From assembly GCA_013115145.1 (NCBI GenBank), contig JAAPAO010000079.1, positions 24,261-88,260 on the forward strand: a stretch of 64,000 nucleotides of DNA, given 5' to 3'. The notes below the pieces were generated by a model. It worked only from the letters and a program-made list of their open reading frames with translations. It did no database searches and was not told where the DNA came from. Origin of the DNA: Perkinsus chesapeaki ATCC PRA-425 (Eukaryota; Protista; Perkinsozoa). The position numbers were made by a program, and so were the translations under genes. Position 1 is the stretch's first letter, and every line of letters begins with the position of its first letter. This document shows, piece by piece, positions 53,468 to 64,000 of the stretch.

Positions 53468-56400
53468 ATGACAGACCGTCAGAATCGTCCTGGTCAGAAG
53501 ACTGGTTCGGGAGCTCCAATGACAGCCCAGGAAGCTGCATTGGACAGGAGGGAGAGGCTGAGAAGATTGGCAATGGAAACTGTAATAAGGATATTTAGTG
53601 GCCTTTTCAAATGACGTAATTCAATTTGAAAAGAAGTGTACACCGCGCGTCAAATTCTTAATCAACTCGTGTTTTTCAAGGGTTTAAGAATTACTAGGGT
53701 GTGCTCATCAACGATTACCTCAAGGATATGTTCCCTAGTCAAAATAAGTATATCCTCCAAGTCTCAGAGCCAAACTCTTTGTCAGTAGTGAGTAATTGAG
53801 AAATTCGTGCAAGATCGGTGCGACACATTCTTAGAAAAATAGAAATATTAAAATATTATATTTTATGGAAGGAGAGTCGCTGATGATGGTGAATATTATT
53901 TTTTATAATATATCTTGTTTTGTGGGTTCGAAGATTGGTAATCTTTTATAGGGAGCTGTCAATGTGATATAACAGTCAATATTACATTATTATCCATTCC
54001 ACTTTATATAAGTTATATTACATTATTATCTTTTACAGTATATCACAACAATCAATGTGATATGATAATAGTATACATTATTATAATAAGTCTAGTACTA
54101 ACTAAACATACTTCAACTCTAACGTGTACATACATACATGTGCGAGGTTGATCTGTCCTTGACGTGTTCTCCGTCTGTCCTCTGTGTTGACGTACCTCCT
54201 ATCAGGTTGATCTGTCCTTGACGTGTTCTCCGTCTGTCCTCTGTGTTGACGTACCTCCTATCAGGTTGATCTGTATNNNNNNNNNNNNNNNNNNNNNNNN
54301 NNNNNNNNNNNNNNNNNNNNNNNNNNNNNNNNNNNNNNNNNNNNNNNNNNNNNNNNNNNNNNNNNNNNNNNNNGAGGTTGATCTGTCCTTGACGTGTTCT
54401 CCGTCTGTCCTCTGTGTTGACGTACCTCCTATCAGGTTGATCTGTCCAAAGATCCGTATCTGCTTCGTAATCATCTTGGTACATATGAGTGTAAGCTATG
54501 TCTTACTCTACACACCAATGAGGGCAGTTATTTGGCACATACACAAGGAAAGAAGCATCAGGTAGTAAAGAAAAGGAAAAACATTAATTTTTTCGGATAA
54601 ATACTCTCTCGGCTGAGGGACGTGAATGCAGGATAGGGAAGCTTAGATGATTAATAATATCAATTTCGTATTTTCTGAATCATTCGTTCTGCCGAAGTGT
54701 TATCTTATACGAGCTTGTCTATAGTAGATAGCTGGCAGCTGGCTTGCGGTAGGGCTATCTGGAAAATTAACAGATTGAGCTACAGCTGGAAAATACAGTT
54801 TATATTTTTGGCACGCATGATTGGGCGGGCTGAGGTTTGTATTTTCGACGAGGATTCGAGATTGCAGAGATTAACGGGAGGGTTAATGACGAATGTTGGA
54901 CAAGATAGAAATGGGAGTAAAATCAGCACTGGCAGTCGATCTTTTGTATTTGGTATTTTGGCGAAGGTCTATTTTAGGTCAACTTGGCTAGAAGAGCAGC
55001 AAAGGAGGCAATGCAGGGGGTGCCGGCACCGATTCCGGGAGAGGGAGATGGGCCGTATGGGGTTAAAGGACTGCATAAAAGTAAGAGGGGATTGGTAGTG
55101 TAGGTGATTGGCTTATTGATATCTGCGATAGGTGATTTGGTTTCTATAGCGTAGCTTGTTAATGGGTTTAAAACGTGTTGCTGTGTGTTCGACAGCCTGG
55201 AGGAACGTATCTCACTGCATTTCATCACCTGTGACATGCCACTCTGGACACTTCACATTAATATACTTTGCATCTTTTTCGACAGTGTAGCAACACTGGC
55301 CCTTCTGGCCCAACTGTCGACATAAATAACAACAATATAAGTCTTTGTAGGGATAGTTTGGGGTAGTCCTTCAAGGGATATGGATCATTATCATCAATGG
55401 TGGGGTGTCTTATCTCTCAGAGTCAATCGCGCCGAGGATTGGTCGGCCTGGATACAGGGTGACTAAGCAAAGGGATCCGATGACATATCAGAAAAGTCTG
55501 CTCTTTGAAGTTGATTATCCAGAGATCGATACGAAAGTGACTACACAACCATTGTAGGTCGGGGAAAAAGAAGGCTTGACATTGCTGATGTCAGATACCG
55601 TATAATGTCGTGCTACGAGCAGAGGATTGAGGAGCCTAATAGGGATTATCAGTGAGAATTTGGGGGAAATACGGTATAATTATTCACTGTTGGATAGTAA
55701 CGGAATTAGGTTTGAAACTGTAAAGGCAATCATAATGAGTATGATTTTGAGGAAATATGGTATAATTATATTACTTTGTCTCTTACTACGTATTTTCCAG
55801 TAGCTTTGATTATGCAGCATGTCCTTAGGATTTATTTTAATGAGTCGGCGGAAATATGGTATTAATTGAACTGTATCATGCAGTTTCAGTTACCGATCGA
55901 TAAGCATTAACTGAATCATGATTGTCCGAATTGAATGCCTTTCACAAACGTATCAATAAATGATAATCCCAAAACATGTACCGTACGCGGAATCTATGGA
56001 CCCAAAGTAGAGTGCGTCGTGGCTCAATGTGCAGAAAAGCACCAAAATTTTTTTCTTCGAAGACCAAGTTGTAACGATATATTCATGTTAGGAGAGCTCC
56101 CATGCCAAATTCCAGGTTGATATGAGTAACAGTAGTTAAGAAGTTGAGCCCCCCACGCGAAATTGGGTCGGTAGATTGCGCGTACTGTACAGAATGAAAG
56201 GAAATAAGAAAGTTGTCGAAGGGAACGAACTCGTGTTTTAAATAGGCGTTTTGTTTTATATGAAATTTCTTGGAACGTGTTCCCTCTGGTTGGTGAAGTT
56301 GTGTCGCTTACAGGTATCTTTTAATAGCAGCCGAGCCCTACGAGACAATAGCCTTCAAGATACCTAATATGGACATCGACAGAAGTGCAGATAAATTATA

Positions 56401-56567
56401 TCAAAATTGGAATCCGCTTAAGAAGACTTACACTTTGCAGGTAGGGGAGGAATTTCGTGGCGCGTGAAATATGATTTCAGTTGTGCTTTAATGAGAGGAC
56501 CGAGAGACAGTTGCCAGCTTTGGCGGGAAAGGCTGGGCATTTCGACCCTATTGGAGTGAGGGGATAG
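53468..56567 (+). CDS. SF3A2: Splicing factor 3a subunit 2 (SAP62/Prp11)
   Basis: RPGQKTGSG...DRRERLRRLAMET|VDLSKDPYLLRNHLGTYECKLCLTLHTNEGSYLAHTQGKKHQ; IGRPGYRVTKQRD; MSCYEQRIE; YLLIAAEPYETIAFKIP. Confidence 0.97.
54145..54447 (+). repeat. 59-bp tandem repeat spanning an assembly gap (N 54277-54373) at the SF3A2 exon-2 acceptor
   Basis: Identical units start at 54145, 54204, 54263 (partial) and 54375; a final partial unit starts at 54434. Confidence 0.92.
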
Positions 56568-57734
56568 AAAGGTTGAAAAGTAACGATATATTTCATCAAT
56601 AATTGGTTTTGCGTTACCGGGGATCGAACCTGGGTCGTTTGCTTGAAAAAATGTGTAAAAGGTGGTTCGGCATAGAGGACCTAAAAGACGCTGATGGCAT
56701 CTGACATTGGACGTTACTTTGGATACTTAGTTTTTGATATGCTTTTATTGAGTTATCCTTTTAGCTCGTTGAGATCGCCTTTGTTGTCTTCCGGTAGGCG
56801 GCCTCTTTGAGAGCTTCCCTAGTTGATTCCTTTCACAAGTGTTGTTGTTTTTATGTCTCTACGTGGTAGTGGTGGTGTAGACGGTATGAAAGTGGTTGAT
56901 GCAGCAGCTCACAGTAGTTTAAGATGGTTAATGGCCCACAAAAATGGTATATGGAAGTTCAGTGATACTTTGGATGATTGTAAGTTGAATAATAGAAAAG
57001 TTAATCGTGCTTGTTCATCCATTAACAGGTCAATTGCTACCCCTAAAGATCCTCGGTTCATCGGACCGGTTAGATCTTCCCGCCGACTGCCCGTCGAGTT
57101 CGACCACTGTCCTCGCACTAGTAGGCTGTGATGACCCCTCAGAAGTGTTGTTTTATGAGGCATCGACACTCGGTGATTTACCACCGAAAATCTCACGGAA
57201 AGTTTCCTAGCCATCGGTTGTCGAGTTTTGGGGCAAAATTTATTTGACTTTATATAAATTATTACATAAATGTCTATTAATGTTAATGTTACTGCCGTGA
57301 ACGTGGCTGAACGTTATTGCCACTTCATGAATGTTTATTAATATTGTATAACTTATATGAATTCAGGGACAACATTACGTAAATTGAAATCGTATTCTAT
57401 CCCTCCTCAGAAGCATCGACCAACTTGTTTGCCCGAAAAATAATCGACTGATTGGTGATTTCAAATTTCAATTTCAACCGTCGGAGTTTTTCCGAATGGT
57501 TATCGAAACAGCAAGAGAGGCTTGATCATGATTAAATACCTTTTTTATTTTGGGGAGGTGTAAAAATAGTGGACGGAAAGATTTGAGAAATTCTCAAAAT
57601 TTTTCCTTTCCTCATACCAGAAACAGTTCCCATTACTTTTTTCTCGCTGGTCATTTCTGAGAAGGGTGGAAGAACCGACATTCAAACTTTGCAATTTTTT
57701 CGAATAATTTTTCCTTTGCGGTAGTTGGCCACTT

Positions 57735-58970
57735 ATGGCTCAATTGTTCCGGTGGATAGGCTCCACAGTGTGTCGTCAATTCACCTTTAGCGGTGTCATG
57801 GGTGGTGGTTCAATGCCTACCTTGAGGCAACCAGTAACTACTGTACAGATGGTGGGAGAATATAGAGGGATATCATCTAAATGTCGAATGTAGGATATTT
57901 TGTTGGTCGAATTGATATAGGAAACATGAAGCAAATGGACAATCTCGCTGGTTTGATGTCGCAACTTGTTCCGTGATTCGAGCTCTTTCTCCTGTCATTG
58001 AGCAGGTTCGCGCACGGAGAGATATAATTCTTCATTTGCATATCAGTGCTAATATATTCGTTATATCATACGAATATCTATATCGTTTTCCGTGAAAAAG
58101 GCCTCCTGTTCATCTTCCCTTCTCCAGAGGTTCGGTGCCCTGACGTACTTCGGTGGTGTATAATTTTTTCACGACACTCCATAGAGCTCGTCGTTTCCAC
58201 TAGGAACTGGATAACCTAATATATCTATACCTCGTGGATGGAGGAGTGGCGCCTGAGAAAAGCGTACTTCAAGAAGTCAGAAAAAAATTCAATTTGGTTG
58301 ATGAAACAATTGCCCGCCAAGTTTTGCGCATTTCTAGGTGACCTGTTCTGTATACGCGTGTATCAGTGCTGGTGAAGACAAGTTGATAGAATGAAAACAT
58401 CTATTATTTTTTGCTCCATAGAAAGTATATACTGCACGTTGGTCAGCATAACTCATGCTTTCTGTTTTTGACAATCTTGTTGTGGTATGAGCGCATGAAC
58501 TGCGGAGTGCGTCGAAATCTACGCGCATCATTAAAATTGAGCTCGAGTTCGCGACTTCGCGAGTTGTTGCAATACTTTCCTTTCGTTCAGGTATCTATCT
58601 ATTAAAAAGTATCATTTTATAAAGCGTTGTAAAAAGAATATAGGCGTGTCTAAGATACCACAACTTCACAAAAAAGCGCGCTCGAAAGCTGTAAGTTTTT
58701 GACCAATATCTCTTCGGCTTTATCGGCGGCTCTGAAATGTCATCATCGGTTTCTCAATAGAATGTTGGGAGACTTGAAATTATTTCTGGATTTAAAATTT
58801 TTCCAGCCAGTTGTGTGCCATTCCTATTAGATTGTTATGTAATTACCTCTACCGTAGTATCGCTCTTCGCATAATTTCCAGTGTTGTTTATTTTGTTATT
58901 TTTAGGAGAAGAAACGGCCTATACAGAAGGAGCATCGAGCGACACCTAAAATAATGGTATTCCGCCGTGA
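57735..58970 (+). CDS. Hypothetical multi-exon protein, possibly mitochondrion-targeted
   Basis: N-terminus MAQLFRWIGSTVCRQFTF (basic/hydroxylated, no acidic residues); later basic segments WMEEWRLRKAYFKK and YERMNCGVRRNLR. Structure uncertain. Confidence 0.3.
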
Positions 58971-59427
58971 GAGATAACAAGTTGCTGATGAATGCATGAA
59001 ACGGTTTCTGTCTCCTTTGTGTTTCCCGTTGAGTTTAGAGGAGCTCGGTGGATTGAGCGGATTTATAAACTATTTTATAAGGCTTCAGTTTCATTTCTCA
59101 TCACCTAGTCAGTATTTTATACATTATTTCGTATATTATTTTATATATTATTTCGTATATTATTCTATATATTATTTTATGTACTATTGTATTAAGTATC
59201 TATATAGTATTTTTTAATCATTGCTCTATTCAACACAGATGGCCTCAGTTGACTTTTAGTAACGTCGCTATGTTATCGTGTTGTTGCTTAGCTGTGATGG
59301 AGCAGCTAGTTCCTGGGGGAAGTTGGTCATTCTATTACCTTGGCTAAAAATTCGGAAATTTTCTAAAATTTCCGAAAAACTTTTATACCTATTTTTATCG
59401 AAAGAAAAGCGTTATTTTATTACCAAA

Positions 59428-60549
59428 ATGATACCATCTTTCCGTTCAATCGTCTTATCTCTTCTCTTCATTACTGATAAGGTGCTTTGCTGGGGCCCGG
59501 ATGGTCACGCCGCAATCGCCGAAATCGCTGACACTCGCATGTCGAGCAAAGCGCGCAAATGGGTTTATGAAATCATGGGCAATGGTTACCGTCTGGCGAC
59601 CTCGGCGAGTTGGGCTGATAACATCCTGTACGGAAATGAGAGCTCCGAGTGGCAGTGGTCAAAGCCGTTGCATTATGCTGATACTGATGCCTGTGAATTC
59701 AACTACTCGAGGGATTGCCCAAATGATGTATGCGTTGCTGGTGCGATCAAGAACTACACCGCGCAGCTGACCAATACGAGTTTGTCGATGCAACAGAGAC
59801 AAGATGCTGTTAAATTTTTGACGCATTTTATGGGTGATATTCATCAGCCTTTGCATGCCGGAAGATATGTTGATGAAGGTGGCAATACTATTGGAGTAGC
59901 GATCAACTTTGCTAATTATGAGAAGACCAATTTACACAAAGTTTGGGACGAGAAGATGATAGATGAATTCGAAGAAGAGCTTTATCCTGGTGTGTACGTG
60001 CAGCAAGATGAAGACTACAATATGGATCGAACACAGTATTGGAGTGTCACCGCGGACGAGATCGGTCAAGAACTAAACGCTGGTGGACAGTATGCTGGAA
60101 AAGTTGCTTCTTGGCTGAGCAAGTGCGAGAGTCTCGGTCTGGATGTGTGTGTTAATGAAATGGTGCAAGAATCGGCGTCATTGGCTTGCATGATAAGCTA
60201 TGTTAATGTAGATGGCTCACAGATAGGAAATAATGACAGTCTGTCGTTTGAATATCATAACAGCAGAATCGATACTATTAAAGAGCAACTTGCCAAAGGA
60301 GCTGTTCGACTTGCTTGGGTATTGGATAACACTTTTGATAATTTTACTACGACTACGCCGGCCCCTACCACTACTTCAACCACCACTCTATCATCATCCA
60401 CATCTTCCGCTCAGCCGGTAGTCTCTACCACTAGCTCGCCTTCATCGGGTAGCCCATCGGATTCCTCCAGTGATGCTTTCCAGTTTGGAGAGCATAATGC
60501 ATTCTGGATTTGCCTGTTTGGTATCTTCACGGTTATGATGAGCTTGTAA
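59428..60549 (+). CDS. S1/P1 nuclease, secreted, with Thr/Ser stalk and hydrophobic C-terminus (probably GPI-anchored)
   Basis: Signal peptide then WGPDGH, SWADNI, LHYAD, FLTHFMGDIHQPLH, GGN, NLHKVWD, QLAKGAVRLAWVL; single exon. Confidence 0.95.
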   Translation: MIPSFRSIVLSLLFITDKVLCWGPDGHAAIAEIADTRMSSKARKWVYEIMGNGYRLATSASWADNILYGNESSEWQWSKPLHYADTDACEFNYSRDCPNDVCVAGAIKNYTAQLTNTSLSMQQRQDAVKFLTHFMGDIHQPLHAGRYVDEGGNTIGVAINFANYEKTNLHKVWDEKMIDEFEEELYPGVYVQQDEDYNMDRTQYWSVTADEIGQELNAGGQYAGKVASWLSKCESLGLDVCVNEMVQESASLACMISYVNVDGSQIGNNDSLSFEYHNSRIDTIKEQLAKGAVRLAWVLDNTFDNFTTTTPAPTTTSTTTLSSSTSSAQPVVSTTSSPSSGSPSDSSSDAFQFGEHNAFWICLFGIFTVMMSL

Positions 60550-61594
60550 CTTCCTGTGTGTTTCTCTGTTATGTAGCCGTCTGCTGATACTTGCTGCTGG
60601 CAAGTTGCCGGTATCAGGGACATTCTGGCCTCTACCTTGAAGCCTCGCCGGTTCGCTAATATTTTCTCATTTCTTTTCCTGGAAGAGGCCATCCTGTTGC
60701 TCATTATTATTAGTCTCGTTGTATCTGATAATATCTCGTGTAGCGTTGTTATCATTGAATGATAGATCCCCAGATGAGGTGCGGTGAGGACATCAACTTG
60801 AGGTTCGGAGCCTCAACGCAGGCAACTCCCCTTCACCCGACTGCGACAGAGATTCCGAAATCGAGCGTCTTGGGATATCTCCAGATACGCAGGAATTTGC
60901 CAATCGTTCTGCTCCGCCGAGTCCGACTTACACTCTCTATGCCAGCTTGTCTCATTTAAGCCTTATCATATCGAATCTTTCTCACATATCTTACAGCTAA
61001 GCTGTGTACCCTTAGCGAGCTATAGTATATACAACTGTAATTGCGTAGAGCACAATAGCTGTACTGCAGCTCATCCTACTTGGACATACAGTAGACTTAT
61101 TCAGTAGCACATTCTCTGCTGTGTACGGTTAAGTTTAAGTCTTTGGATCAGGTCCACTTAATTAAAGCTTCGATTCCTTTGTACTACTAACTAAGGCCTT
61201 ATCTGGTATCATCTAGGAGTTACTGAATCACACGTTGTAAATGGTACATGATTCACGCACCCTCTGCCTCCTCATCGAACTTATTAATATATTCTTGCAG
61301 ATTGTCTTTACTCTGACAAATATAACACCATTTTTATCACAACTAAATCTCTGCTTTATATTAACGACCTTCCCTCCCTTATACTTCATTACTACTCTTG
61401 CAGTGCGTCTATATAAATTTAGAATTCTATATCGACGCACTAATACTATTTGTGCGAGAACTCCTGGCGCGTCTTTTGTACGGTGCACGAACCCGTGACG
61501 CACTTGGGAGCCAGTAGGTGCAGGATGGCTCCAGAAGGGTCGTTCGATATACTCTCATGATAGTGATAATATTTTCTCTTTGATAACCTTCTAC

Positions 61595-63809
61595 ATGTCA
61601 GCCAAAGCCTCCTCTAGGACCTTGCTTGACTCGGTGCGTATCTCTCGTTGTCAGCCTAATGCCGCTTGAATAGGTTATCGATTCGATTGAAAGGCAAGTG
61701 AACAACTCCAATGCGCTTTACGCTATATTTAATAGTGGCAACCAGGACGTACAAGATTGCATTATTGGGTAATCGTATCGAACCCTAAGTCGCTCTCGAT
61801 AATGTGTTTGCTCGACAACTATACAATGGTAGGAGCTAGGCAAGTATCTCGATAGTAGTTAGGATGTGGATGACAAAACAAACGTCTTAATTGAATGAAT
61901 GCAGGAATCGGCCATAATTGGGTTAAACTTCTCGATGTAGGTGACCATACTTTGTTGCTGGCCACAAAAGATCTACGGTACATTTCTAATCTCCAGGGCA
62001 GAAAACCCCTACCCATCGTGGAGTGCCATCTTACTCTTAGGTATCTTACTAATCGAGAGGTCTTCATTTTGGGGGCTACTTGCACAAAATTGTATCGTAA
62101 AATTACATTGGCAAAACTAAAGGGTCGCCAAAAAACTGGTAAGGTCGAACTCGTTGGTATTTTTTAGGACTTGTGGTTTCAGGGCGGCGACGGCGACCTA
62201 CACAACATCTCAGCTTTCTGTCGAAACTCTCCACTGGCCTCCCGTTGGAGGAGCAAGACTTGTGTGATGCCTATGGGTTTTATCGATCAAAGGGGCCTTC
62301 TTGCCTTATTGACACGATACGAATTGTTGATGGCTTCAGAGACCCCTTGCCGCCAGAGCTTGTTGCTACGGTGTGTTCAATAATCGGCTGTATTGCTGTG
62401 CGTCATCAAGTGGCTGGAATAGGTGTAGAATCATTTCGGAAGTTTGACATGGAATACATAGTTGAGCCGTTTTCGGTGGTTGACTATAAACTCACTCATC
62501 ATGATTCTTATATCGATCCGATCCTCATGTGTCATCCCTACACACCTCTCGCTGTGAATTATTCAATTTTGATCGACAAACGCGAACTCGCTGTAGGTGC
62601 AAAGGTATGTATTCGGTAAAGCGCGTGAATCGAAAAAAGAGTTCTTGACCGCCTTGCAGAGGTAAGCTAGATAGGCCATGCCATGCTGAATTTCCAGGAT
62701 TCTGATTAAGTTCAATAGATACCTGCGTCGACGACATGACCTTCTGGCATCATTCGAAGTAGCACACCAACTGTTAGATCTTTCTCGATATATTGCCAAT
62801 AGGGATATCGCAGAACTGATGGTGGTAGACTAATCCACTCTAACTCAGCCCAACTAATCGCACCACCGAAACCTCGAGGAGTACACGAAAGCGTTTTTCT
62901 GTCTATTGACTTGTCTCTTCCTGTGAAGGTTTATCGCATGTTAACTAACAGAGCACTTTTTGAGAAGTTTGATGTAGACGGCGATGGGGTGTTGTGTGTA
63001 GAAGAATTGAGTAAGCTGGTGAGTTACAAGTTGGAGAGTTGTGTTGATGATTTCGATCAGATAGAATCCGATAGCGCTGTCGGTGTGAAAGGAAGTACTC
63101 TGATAGCGGAACGCATTACAGAAAAGTAAATTGCGGCCTGCGAGGATCGAACTCGCGACCTTAGGATTATGAGACCTACGCGCTACCTACTGCGCCAAAG
63201 CCGCTTTGTAGCCGTGGTGTTCTCGAATGACAGAAGAATGTTCAGCTCAATCCGTGCCACATTTACACCATTCGAAACAAGAAATATCAATTTGGTCTTG
63301 GCTCTTGCTGATTAGATTTTGTAACGGTGTAGGTTTGGTGACCGTCAAGCTAGTAGCCAAACTGGTGCTGTGGGATTACGATGGCACGAGTTCAATTCCT
63401 GGTGGGACCACATTAAAGTGACGTGGAAGGACTTCCTTATTGGACCGAATACAACAAACCTTCCGGTGCGGCTCGTCCGGTCGTTCCTACATATTCTCCT
63501 TCGGTATTTTAGGTGATTACACATCAGTCCAGTGGGACCGTCTCGAGCAGCAGCGTTGAATGGCCAAGTCATTCTCATTCGGGTGGAGCAGATGACGTCG
63601 AAGCCCAGGTCGATGAGAGCTCACGTCACTCGAGTGGCGGAACCTCCGACTCAGACAGCCAAGGAGATACCTCTCCCAGAGAAAGCTTCAGTACGAGCAC
63701 ACTTGTGGATGTTGGTAGCGACACGACTTCGGCGGAGCCTAGCTCGCTAGCTGATGATGATGCAGTGACAGATGGGAGCAAGAATAGTGAAGAAGAAGAA
63801 GAAGAAGAA

Positions 63810-63854
<45 letters not shown>

Positions 63855-64000
63855 GGCAACATTTCTGTGGCCAATTCCTCTGAAAGTTCGTCAAGCTCTG
63901 AGATGAATTCTGATTCGATCTTTAGCGACTGGGGTTCTTCAGAGAGTGAAGGTCTTACAGTGGTGGCTTCGGTGAGTGATGTCCAATCTAGCCAAACATC
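61595..64000 (+). CDS. Large hypothetical EF-hand protein with acidic, Ser-rich region; runs off the window; 5' end uncertain
   Basis: Multiple spliceable exons; EF loop FDVDGDGVLCVEEL; open final frame ~63512-64000 with a poly-Glu/Asp tract. Confidence 0.6.
63132..63204 (-). tRNA. tRNA-Met(CAT), elongator type, inside an intron of the plus-strand gene
   Basis: GCGGCTT...GGCCGC acceptor stem, anticodon loop CT-CAT-AA, GAGTTCGATCCTC T arm; 73 nt. Confidence 0.93.
63789..63853 (+). repeat. (GAA)n(GAT)n coding microsatellite (poly-Glu/Asp)
   Basis: Directly visible. Confidence 0.9.

Noticed and set aside
54145-54447. CRISPR-like array
   Set aside because: Units are contiguous with no unique spacers, there are no cas genes, and the context is eukaryotic.
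56800-57214. Overlapping ORFs between SF3A2 and the next gene
   Set aside because: Mutually overlapping, stop-interrupted, and without a recognisable domain or consistent splice sites.
63383-63410. T-arm-like GCACGAGTTCAATTCCTGGTGGGACCA
   Set aside because: Lies in a frame that reads as plausible protein (RWHEFNSWWDHIKVTWKDFL). It shows such matches can arise by chance, so only fragments at independently required introns were weighted highly.
63626-63874. Poly-Ser ORF on the minus strand
   Set aside because: Antisense shadow of the plus-strand poly-Glu/Asp tract.

Overview
Eukaryotic, intron-rich protist DNA. Gene content and the many short GT-AG introns point to an alveolate, most like Perkinsus (inference; no database search was possible). 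Recognisable genes: makorin-type RING/CCCH protein, a LOTUS/OST-HTH-like protein, a Cys-rich repeat region next to a CDPK with extra N-terminal EF-hands, a papain-family protease, PP2C, two tandem GST-zeta genes, a ~15 kb purine-biosynthesis locus, a PRMT, ENY2/Sus1, SF3A2, an intronless S1/P1 nuclease and an EF-hand protein that runs off the window. There are three intact tRNA genes (two identical Ser-AGA, one Met-CAT). Main observations: (1) a long, Bacteroidetes-type amidophosphoribosyltransferase (PurF) appears to be spliced in frame to PurD-PurM, giving a PurF-PurD-PurM fusion with no PurN; (2) several introns are largely or wholly tRNA sequence, ranging from an intact antisense tRNA-Met, through a whole decayed antisense tRNA-Ala, to 40-47 nt tRNA 3' halves, suggesting tRNA-templated intron formation or remodelling; (3) two short motifs (AATCGATCnnnnGATCGATT and WWTTTYGTGGCGCG) recur, mostly in introns of unrelated genes; (4) a 3.3 kb island contains many perfect palindromes with 1-nt spacers. 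Exon boundaries were assigned by eye and are approximate unless stated.
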